64,000 nucleotides of DNA, from positions 372,001 to 436,000 of the forward strand of contig CDROCS010002126.1 of NCBI GenBank assembly GCA_977020255.1. The letters are read 5' to 3'. This DNA comes from Obrimoposthia wandeli (Eukaryota). Position numbers and translations under genes: made by a program. The notes under the pieces are model-generated. The model worked only from the letters and a program-made list of their open reading frames with translations, did not search any database and was not told the DNA's origin. Below are positions 24,626 to 37,074 of this stretch, in pieces (positions within the stretch are counted from its first letter, which is position 1; every line of letters starts with the position of its first letter).

Positions 24626-26752
24626 AATCAAACTATCGACACTCTTATTTTAAAATTACATTCACTTGCTAAACCCACTTACTTGTATTGAAAATTCAAA
24701 CTATCAATCACTTGCTCGTCATACTTGCATTCAATCTAACTATAATTTATTCAACAAAAACTCTATTTTAATTTACTTATAGTCTAAATTACACTTGCAT
24801 TCAATCAAACTATCGACACTCTTATTTTTAAAAATTACATTCACTTGCTAAACCCACTTACTTGTATTGAAAATTCAAACTATCAATCACTTGCTCGTCA
24901 TACTTGCATTCAATCTAACTATAATTTATTCAACAAAAACTCTATTTTAATTTACTTATAGTCTAAATTACACTTGCATTCAATCAAACTATCGACACTC
25001 TTATTTTAAAAAATTACATTCACTTGCTAAACCCACTTACTTGTATTGAAATTCATACTATCAATCACTTGCTCGTCATACTTGCATTCAATCTAACTAT
25101 AATTTATTCAACAAAATCTCTATTTTAATTTACTTATAGTCTAAATTACACTTGCATTCAATCAAACTATCGACACTCTTATTTTTAAAAAATTACATTC
25201 ACTTGCTAAACCCACTTACTTGTATTGAAAATTCAAACTATCAATCACTTGCTCGTCATACTTGCATTCAATCTAACTATAATTTATTCAACAAAAACTC
25301 TATTTTTAATTTACTTATAGTCTAAATTACACTTGCATTCAATCAAACTATCGACACTCTTATTTTTTAAAATTACATTCACTTGCTAAACCCACTTACT
25401 TGTATTGAAAATTCAAACTATCAATCACTTGCTCGTCATACTTGCATTCAATCTAACTATAATTTATTCAACAAAAACTCTATTTTAATTTACTTATAGT
25501 CTAAATTACACTTGCATTCAATCAAACTATCGACACTCTTATTTTTAAATTACATTCACTTGCTAAGACTCTTACTTGTAAATGACATTCATACTTGCAT
25601 GCATAATTTTATTCATTTACATTCATTCTACCTCTCATTTATTCAAACTCTCATTCAAATATTCAAATAAATTAATATTTTTACTAATTTTCTATTAATT
25701 CCGTTGTAACTTAGTCGTTGAAACGAAAAGAATGTATAAAGAATGGACTTTCTTACTTTGTAAATGTTATTCACTTAAGTTTGAAGATGATATTATGAAA
25801 TTACATAATAAATGTGTTTAATTTTGTATTATTCTCTGACTTCTTTCTTATTTTATTTTTTTATTTTAATATATAATTGAAGTATTTAAAGAAATTTTAT
25901 CATAATTCTATAAATGTGAAAGCCTAGGAAAAAACTTTGATCTAAATTTCACATAAAATAGTATATGTGTGATTACCTAATACATTTATTAACTTATAAG
26001 AGTGAACTTTAGTTTAAATTTCACATAAAATAGTGTATGTGTGTGTTAAAAAACCGCATTTCTTAATTGATAAGAGTGAACTTTATCATAAATTTCACAT
26101 AAAATAGTGTATGTGTGTGTGTTTAAAACCACATTTCTTAATTGTTAAGAGTGAACTTTATCATAAATTTTCATTATGGACTAGATCACAAAAAAGAAGG
26201 GTGGAGACTAAGCCACTTGATCCTTTGAATTAGTAGTTAGCCAAAAAGAAGGGTGGAGACTAGATCACTAAAAGAAGGGTGGAGACTAAGCCACTTGACC
26301 CTTTCATAGTAGTATATCTCAAAAAGAAGGGTGGAGACTAAGCCATTTGACCCTTTCATAGTGATATATCTCAAAAAGAAGGGTGGAGACTAGATCACAA
26401 AAAGATGGGTGGAGACTAGATCACAAAAAGATGGGTGGAGACTAAGCCACTTGACCCTTTAAACTATGGACGACCATAGTAGTATATCAAGGAAGGATGG
26501 AGTCTAAGCCACTTTACCCCTCTCCTCCCCTCCCCGCCTCCCGCCTCCCTCCTAAAGGGTGTCACTCCATAAGGGTGTCACACCATAAAAGGTGTCTTGC
26601 CATACCATAAGGGTATATGTTGGGTCACCGAAGGTGAGGCAACATATACCCTTATGGTGTGGCAAGACACCTTTTATGATGTGACATCCTTATGGAGTGA
26701 CATCCTTTAGGGGGGGGGGTAAAGTGGCTTAGACTCCATCCTTCCACCTACT
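24626..26752 (-). repeat. Right terminal inverted repeat of element B
   Basis: Inverted copy of 11399-13289, with 5 full ~179-bp units (24661-25560) and a complete ~260-bp terminal palindrome (26491-26745). Confidence 0.95.
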
Positions 26753-26758
26753 TTAACT

Positions 26759-27000
26759 TTAAATAGAATACAATATCAAGACAAAATAAAATACGTTAAA
26801 ATAGCAATGTAAAAAAATTGCGGTGTAATTATTTGCCTGTAAGATTTTTAGACAAAAATTATCTGTTTTAATTTTCAAAGAAATCAATGAATTAATTTTT
26901 GTAACCAACATTAGGTTTTTGATTAGTCGAAATTAGAAATGAGATTCTCATACTTTAATTCTCAACTTTCCTGTTTTCTTTGTGCAATTATTCGTCTACA
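26759..27000 (-). mobile_element. Probable continuation of the L2 LINE interrupted by element B
   Basis: Very degenerate minus-strand NFRLIKNLMLVTKI resembles the RT NYRPISNL.F.SKI motif, which lies upstream of the motifs seen left of 11399. Confidence 0.35.
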
Positions 27001-27968
27001 AAAACAACAATTTACAAATGTTTATTTTAATTTATTCACTTTACTAATAATGTGATGATAAAGTAATATCTTTAGTTCTATATTAAAATATGTAAAAAAC
27101 ATTTAAAATTTAAAATTCGAGTCTAATTTTAAAATCTAGATCGACTTTAGTTCATCAAGGCAAATTAATATGTAATAAAATATAAGATAAGAAATCTATA
27201 TTCATAATAAACACATACAGGCAAATAAATTACCTAAAGCAATACACTGAGTGTTTCTAACTCATCAGTTATAATAAATTAATGATTTATTTATATGTTA
27301 ATTATCCGTACTAACGATTTTCACTTTTTTTCTGTTACTTAATTAAAGTTTTTTACTATTAATTTGATGATTCTAATTACAAATATGAATTGTATTGGAT
27401 TCAGATTTGAAGAATTAAAAGGCAAACATTTTATTAATATCCTTGTCTAATTTTTAATAGATTTTACTAATATACAAAATATTTTACACTATCTAATTAT
27501 AACCTAACTTGTTAAAAAAACAAATTTTCCTTTTTGTTATAACGATAAAAAAAAATTTAAAAAAAAATCTAAAATTTAGCTGCTGAGCTAGATTATAAAA
27601 TATAATACCATATCAAAAATGATTTGATCCAAAATTGCTTTCGACTTGTAGGCTTAGCGGATAAATGAGTATCGCCAATTGTTCCTGTCCTCTAATTGAT
27701 ATAATTTTTTTATAGTAGAAAACAATTTTTCAATATTAAAAAATTGCTCACAGTGGAAAACTTTATGGATGTAGATTTGCATTTTCCTACAACGATGTCT
27801 GATGATATATTGAGTATTGTTTGGGACGATGATGTGATTGAAACTGACGAGAAGGAGAAAATATCGAGCCGGCACCAATCATAGCAATTTTAATGCAATT
27901 CCTAAAGTGTTAAAGAAGTTACAATACATTCTTTACGATGAACCATGTTCGATCGAAACATTTTCTTA

Positions 27969-28991
27969 CAACTAGAATATGAGACAAACTTTGAACATAA
28001 AAAAAAGTTATCAAAACATTTATTTTGAAAAACATTTTAAAATGAGTAAACATAAGTATGACAAACTTTTGTATGCTAATTTAAAATGCAAACAATTCAA
28101 TGATCAGCCACAGTTCTAAGTTTAATTTTAACATTTGACATCATTTGTTGGACAACAACCATATCCACATATCTACGTTTCCTTCTTATCCTTCTAATTA
28201 ACTGTTTCGCCTCTTTGGCTATCCAATAATTTTCATACACTTTTACCTTAAAAAGCGAACAGAAGTGCACTATTGATCAAAGTTCTGAAACCTTTCTGTG
28301 TCACCAAACGTTTTTATCTTTCAAAAAACAATAACACACTTATTGTACTGAGCTGTTTCTCCATCAGGCCAAAAAATTGTTTCATACTTGACATAAGTGA
28401 GCAGCACCCTTTTAATTCATTTAGGGAGATGTCACGTGTCATATATCCATTATCTATGAAAATAAGTTTGAAAAGGTTCATTCCTTTTGGTAACAGGCAT
28501 TCTTTTGTAGTACTTCAGACTTGACTTCTTAAGAATCTTTTGATTCCAAACTTACTCGCCGTCTTCGCCTGTAATGTACAAATACGTTCCTTCATGATTT
28601 AAACCAGAAGTTTGACTTTCTTAGCACGCATTTTGATGGCTTTTCTTTCTGTTTCAACTTTTCCTGAAGCAGGCTTTTCTTCCATCTTCTTTAGCACTCT
28701 ATATATCAGACTTCTTTTTAAACCCACCGATAAAAATTGATTAACAGTGAAAGACTTGACTGGTTCTTTATGTTTTTTATAAAAATCAAATAGTATGGTG
28801 TCTTGATCCAACATAGAAAAATACTTAATCGCAAAGAATATACTGTAACTTCTCTAACACTTTATGACTTGTATAAAAAATTTATAGGATAACAATTCAA
28901 TAGTCACCTGAAAGGCATACAAATAATTATTTTGAAAAAGTTTCTATGCGTAGTTTTTAAAATTATTAAAGTTTGTCGGATTTTCTAGTTG
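27969..28991 (-). mobile_element. Internally deleted Tc1/mariner element, copy A
   Basis: TA|CAACTAGAATATGAGACAAACTTT ... AAAGTTTGTCGGATTTTCTAGTTG|TA. Transposase-like N-terminus MLDQDTILFDFYKKHK and C-terminus FKVKVYENYWIAK. Homologous to 47298-48527. Confidence 0.75.
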
Positions 28992-30155
28992 TAAAACCTA
29001 GTTGATTCTAGTTAATGTCGGCATGACCTTGAGCGAGTTAAACTGTTATTCATTACCAAACAACAATCATGGCATTAATAAAATATTTAATTTTTAGTTT
29101 ATACTACAAGAATATATATTCAAATAAATTTATTTAAACTATATCAACATTGTGTTTAACTTTTTCTTCTGTATCATCAGTTTATTCTTCTAATTTCATA
29201 ATAACATTTTTAGGACTGTGATGTCCTTGTGATAATTAAAATATTAAGTCAAACAAAAAATAAAATTACCTAAATCCATAAAGCATGTAGATTTTTTCAA
29301 TAACTAATTCCGGATTCATTCAGACGTCAAAGTATATTTATGTAAGTTCAGATTTTTTCAGCTCTCTGTCTTTTTGTATTGGAGTCATTTTTAAAGTCGT
29401 AATTTATGATTAGCAAATCTAAAGTGAATCGTATTTAAATGCTACATTGACATCTATTCTCATTGGTTAAATTATTTGGTTCAACATACATACACATAAT
29501 ACGTTTATGTTTGTAAAGATCTATACACACGCATACACATAATTTGTTTTAGAATTATTTGCAAGTAAATTTGTAAGCAGTTTGATTTAGATATTCATTT
29601 GCAATGTCTTGAAAGTAGTTTTATAAGTAGTTTTAGATATATATATATTTGTAATTAGATGTTTTGTAAGTAGTTTGAATTAGATATATATATATATATA
29701 TATAATTTATCTGTAAATATATTTAGAAATATTTGCAATGTTTTTTAAATTTGTTTAAGATAAATTTACAGATATATTTGTGAGTAGATTGTTTCAGTAA
29801 TTTTGTCTTCAACTATTTTAACTACTTATGTAAGTAGTTTTTAAAACTTAAAAAATATTTTTGTAAGTAATATAATATATATATTCACTTAATGACATAT
29901 GTTTAAAAAATTATATTCATACACATATTATTTATTATTTATAAGTAGATTTAAAGGTAAAAATATTGGTAATTTGTTTACATTTGTAATTTTGACTTAG
30001 ATATATTTAATAGTAGATTTTTAAGTAGTTTTGTAAGTAGATTTTCAAGTCTTAGATTTATATTGGTAATTATTTTTGTAATTATTTTGTAATTTGTTTT
30101 AGATAAATTTTTAAGTAGTTATTTATATTTGTAATTATTGTAAATAGTTTATGTA

Positions 30156-31500
30156 AGTAGGTACTTTGATGGAGTCTAGACCATTTGTGTGCGCACACCA
30201 TGTTAAAGGGTGTCACACCATAGGGATGTCACACCATAAGGGTCTGGCTCAGAAAGGTTATGAAGGTTTGAAGGTATGGTCGTGACCGTCTATGGACGGC
30301 CAACATACCCAAGGGGTTGTGGTCGTCCATAGGTCAAAGGGTCGGGGTCAGTTTTGACTTGAATGTTTGAAGGTATAATTAAGGTATACTATGGTTGGCC
30401 ATCACATCTAAAGGGTCATGGTCGGTCATAGATGAAGGGGTCGGGCTAAAGACAAAATCAAGTTTAAATATCAAGGTTTAAGTACATGGTTGGAATCATC
30501 TTTAGAAGACGAATTCATCCATAAAGGTATGATTGTCCATAGATGAAGGGTTAAAAAAAATAAGAATTTCATAGTTTCAAGTACATGGTTGTATTTGTCA
30601 ACATATGACGAGTGTAATCATGTAAAAAATTTATGGTCGTCCACAAGTTAAGGGTCAGATTTGAAACAAACATGATAATTTTATTACATGGTTGTATTTG
30701 TCTATGAAAATTGAGTTCAAATATACCCTTAAGGTCATGCATACTTTAAGAGGTCTTTGTGGAAAAATAAAATTCCTTGTAATTTAAAAAGATAATATAT
30801 TTTTAAATTTAAATTTGTGCCAAATTTTTTATGGTTTCTATTGATTTAATTAAACAAATTTTAATTTAACGGGTTTTTAAAATAAAATAATAAAGTAACA
30901 TTATTTAAAATAAATATTAAGGAAAATGTTAATAAACTCAAATTACTTTACTAACAGTATTATTATTATTATTATATTTTCATAAATATTTAAATTAACG
31001 CAAATTTTTATCCATTTTATTAATGTAATTAAACAATTTTGTTTTATAAAATTAAGATTTCTTGGTGGAAAAATAAAAAATACTTGTAATTTTGTTTTCT
31101 TCAAAATAATAATTTAAATTTGCGTCAATTTAATTTGTTAGATATTATTAAATTTAAACAAATTTTAATTTAACAAGTTTTTAAATAAAATATTAAAGTT
31201 TCAAACACATCTATCAATCAATTATTCTATGTGAAAGTTAAAGTTCACTCTTATCAGTTAAGGAATGTATTACGTAACAACACACACACTATTCTATTTG
31301 AAAATTTAGATCAAAGTTTTTTCCAGGCTTAGTCATCTAAAGAATTATGGTAAAATTTCTCTAAATAACTTAAATTATATGTCATGCATACTTTAAGGTG
31401 TTCTGGAGAAAAATACAAATACTTGTAATTTTCAATAATAAAAAATATTTTTAAATTTAAACTTGTGCCAAATTTTTCAATGTTTCTTTGATTTAATTAA
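30156..31500 (+). mobile_element. Solo diverged Polinton-type terminus C, related to the element B TIR
   Basis: Starts AGTAGGT..GATGGAGTCTAG; shares TAAAGGGTGTCACACCATA and ATGGTCGTCCATAG..AAAGGGTC motifs with the B TIR. 31225-31380 is clearly homologous to 12070-12235. Confidence 0.7.
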
Positions 31501-32014
31501 ACAAATTTGATTTTAAACATAAGTATCAAACAAATGTTAATTATAAAATAAAATAAATAATTAATAATTTGATAAATATTCATCTTACCACAAGTTATTC
31601 ATCGAATCCATTGATGTATGTATGACAGTCTAATAGCATTATTCTATAATTTAACTATAACTTTAGAAAAAAAACAAAACAAATTTATTACATTAAAATT
31701 TAAAAATTGCGCGTTTTTTATTGTTTACAATTAATGAATTAAAACAATGACAAAAATAGTTTCAAACGCAAAGCAATTCATATTAATTATAACTAATTTA
31801 TTAAAATAAATAAATTTACAAGTACTATTTGATTATTTTTAAATATTAATAATTTATTTATTTAAAAAATAATACTTCAAGTTTAATTAATAACTACTAA
31901 AATACAAATGTTAAAAATGATAGAATAATACAAGATATTAACTCACTTGTACTTTTGTTAGTTGTTGTTGTTGTTACAATTTATGCTTTAAACCGTGAAT
32001 ATTGTGTTTAAATT

Positions 32015-32336
32015 GTGAATACGCTTAAAACACTCAGAATTCGATTCTGAGACGATTGGCGCTATCAAAATATGAAAAAAAACATTTTTTCTACATAATT
32101 CTAAACTTTACAAAATGTCATAATTCAGCAAGGAAACATAATTTGGTTTTGTGAATACGCTTAAAACACTCAGAATTCGATTCTGAGACGATTGGCGCTA
32201 TCAAAATATGAAAAAAAACATTTTTTCTACATAATTCTAAACTTTACAAAATGTCATAATTCAGCAAGGAAACATAATTTGGTTTTGTGAATACGCTTAA
32301 AACACTCAGAATTCGATTCTGAGACGATTGGCGCTA
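32015..32336. repeat. 136-bp tandem repeat, ~2.4 near-identical copies
   Basis: GTGAATACGCTTAAAACACTCAGAATTCG at 32015, 32151 and 32287. Confidence 0.95.
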
Positions 32337-33441
32337 GAAGTGTAAAGTGTCGGTTCTAAAACAATAGCACACAAAGCCCCCCCACTTAAATTTTGAAAAA
32401 GTCTGTAAAATGATAAATTTTAACATATTTTTAAATTACCGCGATTTTTATATTATCCCTTTTGATGTATTTAAACAAATCTATATACAAACCTATTTAT
32501 TATTATAACTCTAAGTTAAATATCTTAAACATTTATTAATTTTAAATAATGATGAATATATTAAATATAAAATAATTATAAACCAAATTAATACATCTAT
32601 ACATATGTTTACCCAACAAATATTACTAGTATTTAGTTAGCAAATATATACAATTAACCTATTGCTAGGCTCAAACTTGAAAATAGTTGATTATGCTTGA
32701 ATTTCTTGTAGTGTAGTGTTTTGCTGGGCTTTACAAAAATGAGAGAATCTGTTTAATTTTTTCATATCCGTTTAAATTGTTATAATTCGTTCCGGCTCAA
32801 TATTTCAATCTTTTCGTCACTTAAATCAGTTTCAACCACATCATCGTCCAAAACAATACTCAGTATTTCATCAGAATCTACATCAATAAAGCTTCCATCT
32901 GTAAGAGATTTTTTGAATTGTATTAAAAAATTACGATAACAAATCAATAGTCACCTGACAATCATAACAATAATTATTTTGAAAAAGTTTTTATGCACGA
33001 TTTTTAAAATGATTTATGTTTGTCACATTTTCTAGTTGTAATACCATATAAGACTGTAAATATCATTTGAATTTAAATTGCAGGGGAAAATATTGTTGAA
33101 TTTAAACGTTTGAGTTATTGTGCACAATTCAGTTCAGTAAAACTAAAAGAAATGATCATTTCAGTAAACATTAAAAAATAAAAAACTTGTAAAAAATTAC
33201 TCGCACAACGATTAAGAAACTTAATTTTTGTTTTCAAAATAAGTTTTGTCAAAATAAAAATTTTAGTCAAAAATGGGTTGAGAACTGTTCAAGTTTACCA
33301 AATATAAAGACTCCGATTTTTACCGAGTACATCATAAGTATAAATCTAAACAATTGTGGACTCAATATCTGAAGTTAAAAACACCCTCATCAAATATTAC
33401 GATTCTCCCGAGTAAATCATGAGCATTAATCATCTCCTGAA

Positions 33442-33576
33442 CTCAAAACCCTCGTCCTGAGTCATAAGCTATGCGTTGAACCCTTATCAGCAAGTGTCAA
33501 AGTGTAAGTGACTTGACTTTTGACTCTAGCCGATACGGGTTCAATGCATAGTTTGACTAAGGGGGGTTTTGTTGAG
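33442..33576. repeat. ~135-bp imperfect palindrome (hairpin or MITE-like)
   Basis: CTATGCGTTGAACCC pairs with GGGTTCAATGCATAG (14/15). Outer AAAACCC/GGGTTTT and inner TATCAGC/GCCGATA stems also pair. Confidence 0.7.
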
Positions 33577-35708
33577 TCCACGAGCGAGAAATTACACTAC
33601 TTCGAATATATATGGCGTGCCTTTGTAGAAGATTATGTAATCTTGGTTAAGTTGTGATTATCAAATAGATTCATGGTACCAAAGGATATTCACAACATTA
33701 AGAATTGTACATTAAATTAATTAATAGTTTTAAACTGTTGGCCGTTTTGTAGATCAAATAGATACCTTTTTTAAAATGAACTCGTATAGAATAGAATGAT
33801 ATTTTGTTCTGATTCTAGTTTCAAAACCCAATTATTGTTTCGTAAATGATTTTTTTCTGAATATTTTCTATATCTGCCTCTATGGCTGACAAGAATCTAT
33901 GGAATGACAAGAATCGTCGGACCATACAAAGGATTGCTATTTCTGTCCATATAATGGTTTTGGTGTTACCACAAAGACAAGAAAAACAGAGAACTGTCAC
34001 AATCTAATATCATCAATTCATCCGATATCTTGGAGCAAGAAAAAGTTTCGCGAGAAAGCAATTTGACAAGTGCTGACCATGATGTAGCGTTTTTATACAA
34101 ATAGATAACCACACGTTTGAGTTAAATGATCTTTTACACGTTTGGAGTCCAACAATAACAAAACCAGAAATGTTGAGATTTGACAGGCTGATATTTAGTC
34201 CAGTCCCACACTATTGACATCGCTATTCTGTTAAATCGTTAAAATCTATTGTACCTGCCAATGAAACAAATCGCGCCATCTACTCTCAATAACACGATTG
34301 ACTCATAATATTGATAATGACTGGCAATCTGATCATTGTGTTCTCTCTGGGGGACATATTAAAGTATGCATTGTAGCAGTGCTTTCCAATCTTTACGTTA
34401 CAACGCCTACCTTTGAGAAAGATCTAATATCGGCACATCCCCTATATTGAATCAAGAAGAACAGGCACATTTTTAAAAAGTAAAATATTTATTAATACAA
34501 AGAATACAAAAACACTTTTTACCCTATATATTCATTTTCATTTCTATTGCGATTGTTGTACTTGTTTAATATAGCTTATTTTAATATTCTAATAATTAGT
34601 ATTTTTCCTTGACAACAAAGGAATTCATGTATGTATATAGGTTATGGAAGTTATTTTTGTTAAAATTTCCGAGCCTCCCTTTGCTCTTGTTCGTGTCTTC
34701 TCAGGAAGGTATTCCTCCCATTTTGGAAATCGCTGCATTAAAGTATAATGATACTAATTTTTCAAAGTATACCACATGCGTAAAGCGTACGTTTCTCAGT
34801 AATATTTTTTTGTTTTCCGCTGTACACACACACACACGTTACAGAGAACCCTTCAATCCCATGCGTACATACTCAATTCTGACTAAATATATAAGATTGA
34901 TTTTAAAAAAGTAATAAATTTTTAATCAGTTGCTTGTCTGAGAGATAATATGACAATTAAAGCAGAATATGCTTATTATTTGAAGGTAATCTGAAAATTA
35001 ATAATATTCGAGGACAGTAACCTCATAATGGAGAATGTGGACACTATCGTACCTTTAGAAGAATGTAGTAACAATAATCAAACGTAAAAGAGCATATGTT
35101 GATCATACAGCAGCTGATACAGTGTGTGAAACTAAAAATTAAAAATACCGATAATTTTCGACTACTATTGCTAACACAAAAATTAGAATCACAAATTATA
35201 CAATATTTCATTTTAACAGAAAGAAAATGTTCCTTGTTCAATAATTCGTAAAAATATTAATGTCAGAAATCGAAAAGAAAAACAAAACATTTGTACAAAA
35301 TTTATAAATAACTGCTGTGTCATAGGTTAAGATAGAGCCAATCAAAATTACAAATGATTGTACCTTTTATTGTATTTAGAATTAATGCAATAAATTATTT
35401 TCAATATTCTGTATTTCAATTCTCTGTCTAATTTCACTTACAAGGATATTGTATTTCAATTCGAACACACATGCCACAGGTAGATATTTCCATGAGCTCA
35501 AAACTGTTCTGTGATGTCCGAAATGTCTATGCTGTCTATTGTAATCGGCTTGTCGATATTTAGGAAATTGGTACAACTAGCAATAACTGTAATCGATTAG
35601 TACGTGTTCTTGGCTACATGTTGTGTCTGCAATGGCAGATTTCTGCTGAATATTGACAATTGACTACTGAATTGACTGGTGTATCGAGTGGACTATTCTG
35701 TATTGCAA

Positions 35709-35963
35709 ATGAGCAGCGACCAGATGAAGCCGGCCTCGAGAAGAGTCTGTTGTTGTGGGCCTGGCAAGAGACGGTATCTGCTGCCGCTGTTGTGTACTAC
35801 TGCTCTGACAATCGTCATTGGGATGCGCTCGGAGATGCTGAGTATCATCAGCTACATCAGCAGCAACGCCTCGTCTTCAGGCAGCAGCTCCAAAGAAGAA
35901 GTCTCATACATCTTCAAGCCATCAAGTCATCGCCAGCTGCCTTGGACGCCACCTTCACTCGAG
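35709..35963 (+). CDS. SLC17/sialin-family MFS transporter, exon 1 of 7
   Basis: ATG at 35709; MSSDQMK..KRRYLLPLLCTTALTIVIGMRSEMLS (TM1 with conserved R)..LPWTPPSLE|gt. The donor (gttcac) is weak but its phase matches exon 2. Confidence 0.8.
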
Positions 35964-36867
35964 GTTCACAATAAGTTTTCTATTATTATAATAGTTTTGA
36001 AGTTTCTGTCAATTAGATAAAAATAGTACACGTTAGTAGATGTTTTATTCAATTGTTACGAGTCATTTTTTTATAAATTAACCTTTTGCTTTCGTAATTT
36101 ATAAACATTATCAACTTAAAATACTTTTACCATTATTCTATTTTTGGTGACTATTGCAATGATAATACGATATTAAATATATTTTATTTATCATGATTAA
36201 AAACAATTATTGTTTTGATTAAGGATTTATCTGTATCATACTTTTATCAAGCGTCATAAAATACTACATAAATTTTGATCCAATTTTTTACATACAAAGT
36301 AAAGAATTTTTTATGAAACCTTTTATAGTTATTGAGAAAAATGCACAGAAATAATTTTTAATATTGATTTGACAATAAAAATTCTCTTCATTCAAAAAAT
36401 AAATATATTAAAACAAAATTTTACTGTTTTTGCTCTATGAGAAGCCCACTCAATTAATAATCCACTTTGTCCATAGAAGTTAAATTTTTACTTTGTGGAT
36501 ATCGTAGGTTAAGATTATAGATTATATTGATTAAACCGGATATTAGAACATAATCTTCTAACATTACTGGTGATTAAATGGCATCTAATTAAGTTAACAG
36601 ACAAAGTATTTATTTTGATACAAAGCTAGGAGCTCTAGATTTTGTTTTAACTTGTTTCCTTTACTACATCCCTTAGTCTTAGATTTTACTTTGCGTTAAC
36701 GTTATATTGAGTAGGTATATGTATGACTTTTCGAAATTTCCGTACAGTTTCTGTTGTCAAAATAAGAGAAGCCTAAACTTACGTCATTGAGTAATTGAAT
36801 AAAAATACTTATCTAATAGCTTTTTCCAAAATGACTAAGATTCTGACAATAAGCTAAATATTTACAG

Positions 36868-37074
36868 GATTTCATCGAGAACGCTTTCTTCGTGGCCAAT
36901 ATCGTGGCCTCGCCGCTCGGTGGCTACCTCACCATCAACCACGACCCCAGTCTGTTGCTAGGCAGCAGTGTTGCCATGACCTGTGGGCTCAACCTCTTTC
37001 TTCCCTTGGCAGCCACGATTGGAGGAGACAGTCCCATTCGTGTGGGAGTCGTTATCTTTCTCCGAATTCTTCAG
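36868..37074 (+). CDS. SLC17-family transporter, exon 2
   Basis: tttacag|DFIENAFFVANIVASPLGGYL..FLPLAA..RILQ|gtgaga, phase 0/0. Confidence 0.92.

Larger units (their letters stand above)
11399..26752. mobile_element. 15,354-bp gene-less non-autonomous Polinton-type element B
   Basis: Starts AGTAGGTGGAAGG and ends CCTTCCACCTACT. Flanked by the direct repeat TTAACT (11393-11398, 26753-26758). Has ~1.9/2.1-kb near-identical inverted arms; the interior is tandem repeat. Confidence 0.92.

Noticed and set aside
11399-26752. Foldback/Galileo-type or Mutator-like element as an alternative class
   Set aside because: The 6-bp TSD and AGTAGGT ends are identical in form to the gene-bearing Polinton at 49536-54288; those other classes typically have 7-10-bp TSDs.
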